Source: Candidatus Latescibacterota bacterium (GTDB taxonomy: Bacteria; Latescibacterota; UBA2968; GCA-2709665). Taken from it: a stretch of 64,000 nt of DNA. A program made the translations under genes and the position numbers. Below are positions 48,908 through 57,522 of this stretch, one piece after another. The notes below the pieces were generated by a model, which saw only the letters and a program-made list of their open reading frames with translations, had not been told where the DNA came from and ran no database searches. The stretch's first letter is position 1; every line of letters starts with the position of its first letter. Location of the stretch: assembly GCA_963667175.2 (NCBI GenBank), contig CAXXXF010000002.1, positions 192,001-256,000 on the forward strand. Reading direction: 5' to 3'.

Positions 48908-51900
48908 TTATCTGATGATCGCGGTTTTGACGAAGCGGACTTCGGTTCGTTCTTCGGAAATGGCTTCCACGCGGCATACGTAGAAACCGCTGGCGTAGTC
49001 GCCGGTGTTCCATCGGAGTTCGTTGTCCGTACGGGGCGTCGGATTTTCCATGGTCATCCTGTCGACGATCTCACCCAGCGCGTTGAGTACGGCCACCTGG
49101 ACGCGGGCGCTCCTTCCGAGAAAAAACCGGATCGTGGCCGACGTCCCGCGAATGGGATTGGGATAGCAGTAGACCTGGTCGGGAGGCAGGAGCAGCGACG
49201 TGGTTTCCGGCGGCGGATCGCTGGGCAGCGTGAGGAGACGGCCCGCGTTTCCCGGCCCCCCTCCCGCCTGGCTCCAGACGAGATGATCACCCGTAAAATG
49301 GGCGTCGAACGTCTCGAGGTGCCAGAGATGCGCGGCGCCGTCTGTCGTGAAGACGACCAGCTCGAGGGTGCCGTCGCCGTCCAGGTCGTCAAGCAGGGGC
49401 GATGCGTGGACCGGACCTGAAACGGGCAGAGGAAAGGACGCAAGGCCTGAGCCGTCAGCGCCGAGACCGTACACCAGGCCTCCCTTTGTGGCCGCGAAAA
49501 TGTCCAGATCGCCGTCCAGGTTGACGTCGGCAAGCACGGGCGGCGCCGAGATCAGACCGGTTTCGTCCTTAAGCGGAAACGCGAGCGGCGTATCGGTCTG
49601 GCGCACCCCGTTGAAGCGCACCACCCAAAGGCGTCCCTCGCCGCCGAAGATCGCCTCGACGTAACCGTCTTCGTCCAGATCGCCCAGCACGGGCGCCGAA
49701 CCCGCGCCGCCGGGCACCGGCGCGCTTTGAGCCGTCATTCTCCCGCTGGAAAAGATGGATACCACGCCGTTCGCGTCCAGCGCGACGATCTCATCCCTCC
49801 CGTCCCTGTCCAGGTCGCCCAGGACAGGGGTTCCCGGGACGGGACCGGAAAGCGTGCCCACCTGCCGGACGTCTCCATTCGCTTCGGCAACGAAGAGCCC
49901 GCCGTCGCCCGTCAGGGCGACAATCTCGCTGGCCGGATCGTCGTCCACGTTTCCCGCCGCCAGGCCGATGACGGGTCCGCTGCCCATCTGCGCCACGCCC
50001 GTGTTCGCTCCCTCCAGATTGCCCCAGGTCACGTCGCCGTTCGTCCAGCCCCAGACGTCCACCGTCCCGTCCGCAAACCTCGTGACGACCGGCGGGCAGG
50101 AGATCTCCCGCGCCGGGCCAGCGGACGGGGCCGTGGTTCCGTTGCGTCGCCACAGAACGGGCGAGGGGCCCCGCGCGTAGATGAAATCGGCTTCGCCGTC
50201 TCCGTCGACGTCCCCCACGGCGGGGGTAAACGAGGTGACGAAGGGAAACGCGGCATCGGCCGGCAGGACGGCAGGATTTCCGCTTAGAGAGAGCGGCAGG
50301 GCGATGGGTTCCGCGGACGTCACGGCGGGGTCGGGGCCGAAGTGGCCGCCGCTGCGGAGGATTTCCTTGATGCCGTCGCCGTCAAGGTCGATTGCCCGGG
50401 GGGCCTGCAGCCCGACGTTCGCCAACCCGGTTGCGGGCCACGCATCCTGCTGGTAGTCAAACGTAATGACGACGTCCATCGTATCAGCAGGGGGGCTGAG
50501 GACTTGAATCGTGATTCCCGTGGGATAGTTCAGGTTGCTGTTGGTGGCGGGCACGGTGTCCGGCCCGAAACGCGACGCGTTGCCCGAGTAGAACGGATCG
50601 CGCGCGCCGCCTTCGATGGCATCCAGGCTGATGATACCGGCCTGCACAACCCGGTTTGCGGCATTGTTGCCGATATCTTCCAGGCCGTCGGCCTCCTCCA
50701 GCGAGATGCCCCGCCGGTATTGCCCCCCGGCGATAAGATACTGCGGATTGCTGTTGACGGCAACGCCGTCGCCGCTGGCCTGGATGACCGCGTCGTCCAC
50801 GTGCCAGATCAGAATGCCGGAACCCGGAATGAAGGCGTCGTAGTCGTCCATCGAGAGCCATACGCGATCTCCGGATGAGAATTCGATTTCCGGTTTGCGC
50901 CCGTGTACGGCGAGCCGGGAGATTCGGTTTTCCAGGAGGAAATATTCGGTGGCGCTGACGGGGATCTTGACGGCCTGGGGCAGGTTGGAACCCGGAACGT
51001 GCGGGGCAGCCAGCCGCACGGTGTCGTTCCGCGTGACGACGGTCGGTTCCAGCCACCCGAGGCGGATACGGGACCACGCGAGCAGACGGCTCGGCACAAA
51101 ACCGATGAGCAGGCTGTCTCCCGGGTCCGCGCTCAGCGGCTGAAGGCCCAGGCGGGCCGCGGAGGCGCCGGCGCCGGGGCCTCCGGTATCCAGCGGGCTC
51201 CAGTCTCCCACCGCCGGGAGCTCGTCTTCGAAATTCGACAGCCCCGGCAGGCCCAGCTGGTGCGCGAAGAACCGAACAAGCGTTCCGTTCAGACCGGCCC
51301 TTCCGTCCGTGCCGACGGCTTCGGGCAGCAACATGCCGTTATGGACGGCCTCCGACCCGTCGTCCACCGCCACCGGCCCGTTCGCAAACCGGTCGAGGTC
51401 ATTGCGGGACACGAAAGCGGACGGAATATCGTTAATGGCCTGTCCGCCGGCCTCCGCTCCGAGCCCGGCGTGAAAGACCACGAAGGCCTGGAAAGCCGAA
51501 AAATCCAGGTTTGCCCCTTCGGCGCCGTCGGCGGCCGCGATCCCGTCGCGGAAGAGCCGCGTGATACGCTCGGCGATTTCGTTTCTGGTGCGGCCGTTGC
51601 CGTATTCCTTGAGCGGCCGGTCCAGAACGTAGCTGCCGTCCGCATCCTCCGGAAACACGGTGTATTCTATATTGAGCCGTCCTTCGGAGATTTCCAGATA
51701 GTAGTTGCGCAGGGCCTGGAGGTGCGCTTCAAAATAGGATTTGTCGTGCGGGGGGGCATCGAAGGGGAAGACGTAATCGTCGCGGACCGAATCGAAGGTC
51801 CGGAGATCAAAAGCGCCGTTTCCGCTGGTCGTCCCGTCGTCGGGATCTTCCACCGAAAAGGACACGCGGACCGCGAGGATGCGCCAGGTTTCCTCAGCGC

Positions 51901-52027
51901 CCTGAGCGACGCGCGGAGGCAGAACGAGACAGAAAAAGCAAGTGGCGAGAAGGAACGCGGATGTCGTCTGCTTCTGCGCTACTCGCGTCTGCAGCCTGCG
52001 TCTGGGTTCAACCCGCCGCAACCACAC
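48908..52027 (-). CDS. Immune inhibitor A (M6)-like domain + FG-GAP/VCBS repeats + T9SS C-terminal domain
   Basis: LRNYY.EIS, FHAG.G, AWSRIRLGW, EYFLLENR, GILIWHVD, LEEADG, GDxDxDG repeats and YPNP...ASGFY. The Zn motif is degenerate. Confidence 0.85.
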   Translation of the reverse strand: MWLRRVEPRRRLQTRVAQKQTTSAFLLATCFFCLVLPPRVAQGAEETWRILAVRVSFSVEDPDDGTTSGNGAFDLRTFDSVRDDYVFPFDAPPHDKSYFEAHLQALRNYYLEISEGRLNIEYTVFPEDADGSYVLDRPLKEYGNGRTRNEIAERITRLFRDGIAAADGAEGANLDFSAFQAFVVFHAGLGAEAGGQAINDIPSAFVSRNDLDRFANGPVAVDDGSEAVHNGMLLPEAVGTDGRAGLNGTLVRFFAHQLGLPGLSNFEDELPAVGDWSPLDTGGPGAGASAARLGLQPLSADPGDSLLIGFVPSRLLAWSRIRLGWLEPTVVTRNDTVRLAAPHVPGSNLPQAVKIPVSATEYFLLENRISRLAVHGRKPEIEFSSGDRVWLSMDDYDAFIPGSGILIWHVDDAVIQASGDGVAVNSNPQYLIAGGQYRRGISLEEADGLEDIGNNAANRVVQAGIISLDAIEGGARDPFYSGNASRFGPDTVPATNSNLNYPTGITIQVLSPPADTMDVVITFDYQQDAWPATGLANVGLQAPRAIDLDGDGIKEILRSGGHFGPDPAVTSAEPIALPLSLSGNPAVLPADAAFPFVTSFTPAVGDVDGDGEADFIYARGPSPVLWRRNGTTAPSAGPAREISCPPVVTRFADGTVDVWGWTNGDVTWGNLEGANTGVAQMGSGPVIGLAAGNVDDDPASEIVALTGDGGLFVAEANGDVRQVGTLSGPVPGTPVLGDLDRDGRDEIVALDANGVVSIFSSGRMTAQSAPVPGGAGSAPVLGDLDEDGYVEAIFGGEGRLWVVRFNGVRQTDTPLAFPLKDETGLISAPPVLADVNLDGDLDIFAATKGGLVYGLGADGSGLASFPLPVSGPVHASPLLDDLDGDGTLELVVFTTDGAAHLWHLETFDAHFTGDHLVWSQAGGGPGNAGRLLTLPSDPPPETTSLLLPPDQVYCYPNPIRGTSATIRFFLGRSARVQVAVLNALGEIVDRMTMENPTPRTDNELRWNTGDYASGFYVCRVEAISEERTEVRFVKTAIIR

Positions 52028-52091
52028 GATGGTTTTCGACCTTTTGAGAAGTCAATCGAAAAACAGCGGAAGGATAAGCCGTTCCATCGTC

Positions 52092-53138
52092 CTAGAATGA
52101 GAAGCCGCCCGTGAATCGAAAGACGTTTTGGATGGCGGATCCGCTGCTGGCAAAGTAGGAGAGATCGAACGTCGCCCAGTTGTATTTCAGGCCCAGACCG
52201 AAGGTCGGGCTCTTCCGGTCGCCGTCCTCATCGTGGAAATACCCCGTCCGCAGGGCGAAGGCGGACTCTTCGGAAAGGTTGTACGTCCATTCGATGCCCG
52301 CATGATAGTCGATGTCCTTGATTTCCTCGCCACCGTTTCGGTCGCTCCAGCCCGTGGCAAAGGAGAAAAAGCCCTCGTCGGCCAGGGGTTTATAGACGTC
52401 CGCGGCAAGAAGCAGCGTTGAATTCCCGCGCTGCAGCGCCGTATGTGCGATCCCGATGGTGAAATTCTGCGGGAGCGGATCGGCCTGGTCCGCATCGATG
52501 AACGTAATATTAGGCCCCACGTTTCGAAGCGCCCAGGCCAGCGTGAACCGATCCGATGCTCTCCACATGAATCCCAGGTCGCCGGCGAAAGACGTGCCGG
52601 CGCCCTTTCCCTTTTCGATGCCGGCCCCCTGACTGGCCAGTTTCTCGTGAATGAACTTCATGGTCGCGCCCACGGAAACGTCTTTCACGATAAAGGTTCC
52701 ATAGGATACGGCCACGGCCAGGCCGAAGCTCGTAAATTTGCCCAGGTCCTGCCCCTGGGAGTCGGTGCGGTGCTGGGACCCGAGGGACGTGTAGATCAGG
52801 CTGAAGCCCAGGTTGCCCACGCCTTCGACCGGCTGCGTGTACGCGCCGAAGGAGGTGAAAATGTCGCTGGCCAGCGATGGAACGGGCTTGTACATCGTTG
52901 TGCTCATATGCCTGTTCGTGTCGTCTGCCAGGGCGGCCGGATTGTAATAGGTTGCGTTGGCGCCGTCGGCGATCGCGATATAGGCCTCACCCATCCCAGC
53001 GGAACGCGCGCTGGGTTGAAAGAGAAGAAAGGGCGCCGCGGCCTGGCTCTCCGGCGTCGCCCACGACGGGCCCGGATACGCGAACACGAAGAAGAGGAGA
53101 ATGCCGGTCAGGCACACGCACAATGGGTTTCTTTTCAT
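52092..53138 (-). CDS. porV: PorV/PorQ-family outer-membrane protein (T9SS shuttle)
   Basis: APFL...PSARSAGMGEA..AIAD.ANA.YYNPA.L, NVGP.I.F......PLP, ALRTGYF, TFGLG and a C-terminal Phe. Confidence 0.85.
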   Translation of the reverse strand: MKRNPLCVCLTGILLFFVFAYPGPSWATPESQAAAPFLLFQPSARSAGMGEAYIAIADGANATYYNPAALADDTNRHMSTTMYKPVPSLASDIFTSFGAYTQPVEGVGNLGFSLIYTSLGSQHRTDSQGQDLGKFTSFGLAVAVSYGTFIVKDVSVGATMKFIHEKLASQGAGIEKGKGAGTSFAGDLGFMWRASDRFTLAWALRNVGPNITFIDADQADPLPQNFTIGIAHTALQRGNSTLLLAADVYKPLADEGFFSFATGWSDRNGGEEIKDIDYHAGIEWTYNLSEESAFALRTGYFHDEDGDRKSPTFGLGLKYNWATFDLSYFASSGSAIQNVFRFTGGFSF

Positions 53139-53309
53139 GGGGTTCGGCTCCTTAAGGGGTTATTCGATCGATCGGGCCCGGCGGAAATTGTCGAGGCGAC
53201 AGGGCACAAAAAACCGGGTGCGGAAAGGGGTGGCACGGTGTGTAACCCCTTCTCTTGTCCGGCGACCCGGGTAAACGCTGCAACGGCACGGACACTCCAC
53301 TCGCCACAG

Positions 53310-53417
53310 CAGTCCGTTGAAAAAGTCGCTCTGCAGGTATTCGGTCACAAGGGCCGGACGCCTGTCTGCGTGCGAACGCACAGGCAGGCAGTCCGGATGG
53401 ACTTTTCCAACGGGCTG
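53310..53417. mobile_element. MITE-like element family A, short copy
   Basis: Same TIRs as 2533-2747 and a near-identical TCGGTCACAAGGGCCGGACGCCTGTCTGCGTGCGAACGCACAGGCAGG core; no target duplication is visible here. Confidence 0.75.
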
Positions 53418-53548
53418 ATCGGTTTTTGCAACAAACCCGCAACGCGACGAACGCTGGGGATTTTAAAACAACTTCCAAGGGCAAAACACATCAGCGAATG
53501 TTCGGAATAGGCGCTCCTGCCGGAAAAAAGCTTGTTCGACAACCGGTG

Positions 53549-53568
53549 GTTGACTATTTTCTGTCAAC
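53549..53568. promoter_or_regulatory. Palindromic operator-like site between divergent porV and trm112
   Basis: GTTGAC-N8-GTCAAC. Confidence 0.3.
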
Positions 53569-53622
53569 TTGAGAGGGGCCGGATTCGTGTTTCAAGCGTC
53601 CGTCATTGAAAGGGACCACGTC

Positions 53623-53880
53623 GTGATTGACAAGGAACTGCTCGATATTCTGGCCTGCCCTGAAAACAAGACACCCGTAAGGCTGGCAGGTCGGGGATTG
53701 ATCGAAAGGATTAACGAATGCATCGAAAAGGGCGAAGTGAGCAACAGGCGCGGAACCCCCGTCGAGAACCCCATTGACGGTGGCCTCGTTCGAGAGGACG
53801 GCGCTTACCTGTATCCGATTGAAGACAACGTCCCGATCATGCTGGTCGAAGAGGCGATACCGCTTTCGAACGTCCGCTGA
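53623..53880 (+). CDS. Trm112-family protein
   Basis: DKELLDILACPE...YPIEDNVPIML.EEA; GTG start. Confidence 0.9.
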   Translation: MIDKELLDILACPENKTPVRLAGRGLIERINECIEKGEVSNRRGTPVENPIDGGLVREDGAYLYPIEDNVPIMLVEEAIPLSNVR

Positions 53881-54187
53881 CGATTCAGACAACGTCGTTT
53901 CCGGGAAGCCCGGCGACGTCTCTTTCCGGGAGGATGTAAAAGGGCAGCAACCGGCGCTTCGCCGCGACCCCGGAGATCGAACTTCCCTGGAATCTCAGGG
54001 AGCGAAAAAATTACGTTAATCGTCGCCGGAATGTCAAGTCTTTTCGTCGATTTCAAGATATAAACGCATCTGGAGTACAGTGGTTCCCGACTTTTCCGTT
54101 CGGCCGTCACAATTTCCCGGTCGGAGTCGCAGCAAATGGGAGATGGACGGCCGTCCCCTCTGAACCGTTATCCTGAACTCATCTCTC

Positions 54188-55762
54188 GTGCCTCGCGTTC
54201 CGCCGAATCCGCTGCTTGCGGCCTGTCTCTTCGCGACTCTGAATACCGGGTTCGCCGCCTGCGAGCGGGCGCCCGACGGATCCGTCCTGACCGCCCCGCC
54301 GTCAGGCCGGGTGATCTGGCGGACGTGGTCGGCGCGGGATTCCGCGCGTGTTCTCAATCGACCGCTGTTTCTTTATCTGTATTCCAGCCGGTCCTACTGG
54401 TGCCGGGATATGGTCAGACGGTGTTTCGGCGACGCTGAACTGGCGCGGTCGATCGGACGGGGAACGTGGCCGGTGCGGGTGGACGTGGACCGGCGGCCCG
54501 ACCTGGCGGAGCGGTTCGGCGTGGGCGGCTGGCCGTCAACGGCGATCCTGACTCCCGACGCCGACTGGATGACCGGGTCCACGTATCTGGATCCGGAAGA
54601 TTTGCGGGAACTGTTGCGACGGGTGCGGGTCTATTTCAACAGCCCGAAGCGCTGGAGCGATTTTGAACGCGCGCGTCGAAATCTGGCGCGGTGGGTGGCG
54701 AGAGAGGCGACGGACCTGCCCCGGGAAGCGCCTGCCACCGGCCTTCTGCGCCAATTTGCCGACAGCACCGTGGCCGCGTTGGAGCGGGGAGAGGCGACGG
54801 GCCACGAGACCTTTCTCGCCCTTCTCGACGCGGACGAATCGGCGGCGCGGGACCTGGCGCTGAGGCGGCTGAAGGAGATCGCCTCGAGTCCGTTGCGCGA
54901 TTCCGACGGGATGTTCTTCCAGCGCCGGCTCACGCCGGACGGCGCCGTACTCGACAGAGAAAAGACGCTGGCGGCAAACGCGGGTTGGCTGACCGTTCTG
55001 GCGCGGGTGGACACGGCCGCGGCGGTTGACCTGGGCGACGCGCTGGCGGGAGGGCTCTATGCTCCGCAGGCGGGCTTGTTCGTTGCCGGTCTCGCGGGGT
55101 TTTCGGAACAATCCGGAGAAGCAGTCCTCCTGAAGTCGGGTCTCGCGGCCCCGAGAGATCCGGCTGTCTATACCTCCTGGAACGCCCTGGCCGTTACCGG
55201 GTTTGTCGCGCTCTATCGGGCTTCCGGAACCACCGCGTATCTGGATCTTGCGCGTGACGTTCTGGCGTCCGTCCGAACGCGGCTCACCCATCCGGACGGC
55301 GGCGTGCGGCACGTACTGCACCCTCCGGGAGAACCGCTGTTTCTGCTGGCGGACCAGGCCCTGGTTGCGCGGGCTGCGCTGGACCTGTACAGTGCCGGCG
55401 GCGGTGATTTCCGGTTCGCATCGGAACTCGCCGACGTCATGCTGGAGCGGCTCTACGATGACGCGGGCGCGCTGCGCGACCGCTGGCCGGAGCCGGACGT
55501 GGCCGTCATCCACGCGGTGGACCGTCTGGTCCCGTCGGGTAACGGAGTGGCCGTTCAGGTGCTTTCGAGGCTGTACGCGCTGACCGGGCATTCGCGCTAT
55601 CGAGAAACGGCCGGTGAGATACTTGAGACGCTGGCGAACAGCCACCTCCGGCGCGCGCCCAATGCGGGCGCGCTGTTCAGAGGAATGGCGATGTACCTGC
55701 GCCCGGGAGCCGGGCGTGCCTCCCGGTCCGAGCCCCGAGAATTCCAACGCGAACTTCCGTAA
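54188..55762 (+). CDS. YyaL/SSP411 (DUF255) thioredoxin + alpha-barrel protein, shortened, probably exported
   Basis: YWCRDM, VDVDRRPDL, GGWPST..LTPD, SWNAL, L.DQA and PSGNGVA; N-terminal FAAC lipobox-like motif. Confidence 0.82.
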   Translation: MPRVPPNPLLAACLFATLNTGFAACERAPDGSVLTAPPSGRVIWRTWSARDSARVLNRPLFLYLYSSRSYWCRDMVRRCFGDAELARSIGRGTWPVRVDVDRRPDLAERFGVGGWPSTAILTPDADWMTGSTYLDPEDLRELLRRVRVYFNSPKRWSDFERARRNLARWVAREATDLPREAPATGLLRQFADSTVAALERGEATGHETFLALLDADESAARDLALRRLKEIASSPLRDSDGMFFQRRLTPDGAVLDREKTLAANAGWLTVLARVDTAAAVDLGDALAGGLYAPQAGLFVAGLAGFSEQSGEAVLLKSGLAAPRDPAVYTSWNALAVTGFVALYRASGTTAYLDLARDVLASVRTRLTHPDGGVRHVLHPPGEPLFLLADQALVARAALDLYSAGGGDFRFASELADVMLERLYDDAGALRDRWPEPDVAVIHAVDRLVPSGNGVAVQVLSRLYALTGHSRYRETAGEILETLANSHLRRAPNAGALFRGMAMYLRPGAGRASRSEPREFQRELP

Positions 55763-55780
55763 CCTGTGCGTGTGGCACAT

Positions 55781-56692
55781 ATGGATGAAGGGACGACAAA
55801 AGCCGTATTGATTGTGGGGGCTTCCGGATTCCTCGGGCGCGCGCTTTGCGACGTGCCTTTCGAAGGGTTGCGGCGGATACCCGCGGCGCGCAGGCCGCGG
55901 GCGCCGTATTCGACGTCCGACTGTCTGCGGGTGGACCTCACGGATGCCGACTCTGTCAGGGAGACAATTACACGGGTGCGGCCCGACTGGGTGATCAACG
56001 CGGCCGCGGAGGCCGGCGTGGACCGGTGTGAGCGCGATCCCGACCTGGCGCGCCGCGTGAACGTTTGTGGAACCCGGAATCTCGTTCGGGCGTGCGAAGA
56101 CGCAGCCACCGGCCTGGTGACCGTCTCTACGAACTACGTTTTCGACGGCCTGGCTGGCCCCTATGCCGAGACCGATCCCACCAATCCCGTCAACGTCTAC
56201 GGACGGACCAAGCTCGACGCGGAGGTCCTGTTGCTGGCGTCTTCGTGTCGGGCGGTTGTGGTCCGGACCGCGGTACTATACGGATATCGTGCGGACTGCA
56301 GGCCCAATTTCGTGACGTGGGCACTGGATTCCCTGCTTCGGGGCGAAACCATCCGGGTCGTAACCGACGAATGGGCAAATCCCACACACGTGGATGAACT
56401 TGCCGTGTTTCTCCTCGGACTGTGTCGCGGCGACTTCCGCGGCGTGGTCCACTTTGCAGGGCCTGAATACCTCAGCCGGTATGAAATGGTAAGGCGGATC
56501 TGCCGCTGTTTCGATTTCGACGAGGATCTGGTTGTGCCCGTCACTTCCAGGGAATTGGGTCAGACCGCGACCCGGCCCCCCGGCGCCGGCCTGAAGCTCG
56601 ACCTGGCACGCGGGCGGTTCAATCCCGTTCTGCGGTCTTTTTCCGAAAATCTGAAGGCGACCGGCAGGAAGATGGGCATGAAGGTCAGGTGA
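55781..56692 (+). CDS. rfbD: dTDP-4-dehydrorhamnose reductase family SDR
   Basis: GASGFLG, VINAAA...VD.CE, STNYVFDG, P.NVYGRTK and NPT. Confidence 0.85.
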   Translation: MDEGTTKAVLIVGASGFLGRALCDVPFEGLRRIPAARRPRAPYSTSDCLRVDLTDADSVRETITRVRPDWVINAAAEAGVDRCERDPDLARRVNVCGTRNLVRACEDAATGLVTVSTNYVFDGLAGPYAETDPTNPVNVYGRTKLDAEVLLLASSCRAVVVRTAVLYGYRADCRPNFVTWALDSLLRGETIRVVTDEWANPTHVDELAVFLLGLCRGDFRGVVHFAGPEYLSRYEMVRRICRCFDFDEDLVVPVTSRELGQTATRPPGAGLKLDLARGRFNPVLRSFSENLKATGRKMGMKVR

Positions 56693-57423
56693 TTGACATG
56701 GGTGAATCCCCGTTGCGCGTGTCTCTGATTACACCAACCTATAACGAACGCCCGAACGTTTCCCTTCTGGCGGACGAGGTTTTTTCGGCGGTCGGTCGGT
56801 TCCCGGAGATCGATCTGGAACTGATCGTCGTGGATGATGCTTCACCGGATGGAACCGGAGAGGAAGCGGAGGCGCTGAAGGGCCGATATCCCGTTCAGGT
56901 GGTACACCGGTCCGGCAAACTGGGCCTGGGCAGCGCGGTGATGGAGGGGTTTCAAAAGTCGAACCGCGATTGTCTGGGCGTGATTGACGCCGACCTGAGC
57001 CACGATCCGGCCGTATTGCCCCGATTGATTCACGGGCTGCGGGAATGCGATCTCGCGCTTGGCAGCCGCTACAACCCCGAAAGCCGGGTGGAGCGGTGGC
57101 CATGGTATCGAAAGCTGATCTCCCAGGCCGGTGTGCTCGCCGCGAGGCAGTTGACCGGGGTACAGGATCCGCTCAGCGGATATTTTTTCCTGCATCGGCG
57201 GGTGCTGCAGGGCGTGACGCTGACGTCTCCGGGGTACAAGATTCTGCTCGAGATCCTCGTCAAGGGAACCTGGTCGACGTTTGTTGAGGTGCCCTACGTG
57301 TTCCGCAACCGGCAGTACAGCACCAGCAAACTCAATTTCAAGGAGTATTACCTGTTTTCCAAACAACTGCTCGTATTTTCAATGACTAAATCGAAAAACA
57401 GGGCCACCGGATCCGGCGGCTGA
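56689..57423 (+). CDS. Polyprenol-phosphate mannose synthase-like GT2 (DPM1 family)
   Basis: PTYNERPN, VDDASPDGT, KLGLGSA, DADLSHDP, GSRY and DPLSGYF. Confidence 0.92.
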   Translation: MIDMGESPLRVSLITPTYNERPNVSLLADEVFSAVGRFPEIDLELIVVDDASPDGTGEEAEALKGRYPVQVVHRSGKLGLGSAVMEGFQKSNRDCLGVIDADLSHDPAVLPRLIHGLRECDLALGSRYNPESRVERWPWYRKLISQAGVLAARQLTGVQDPLSGYFFLHRRVLQGVTLTSPGYKILLEILVKGTWSTFVEVPYVFRNRQYSTSKLNFKEYYLFSKQLLVFSMTKSKNRATGSGG

Positions 57424-57450
57424 GGGAGCGGCGGCGGACGTGGTTTCTCC

Positions 57451-57479
57451 TTGACATCTCCGGCGGCCGTCGTTATGTT
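57451..57479 (+). promoter_or_regulatory. Putative sigma70 promoter for ctpA
   Basis: TTGACA-N17-TATGTT. Confidence 0.5.
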
Positions 57480-57522
57480 GGATCGCTTTGAATCGACGTC
57501 GCGTGACTTCCGAGAGGTTTGT

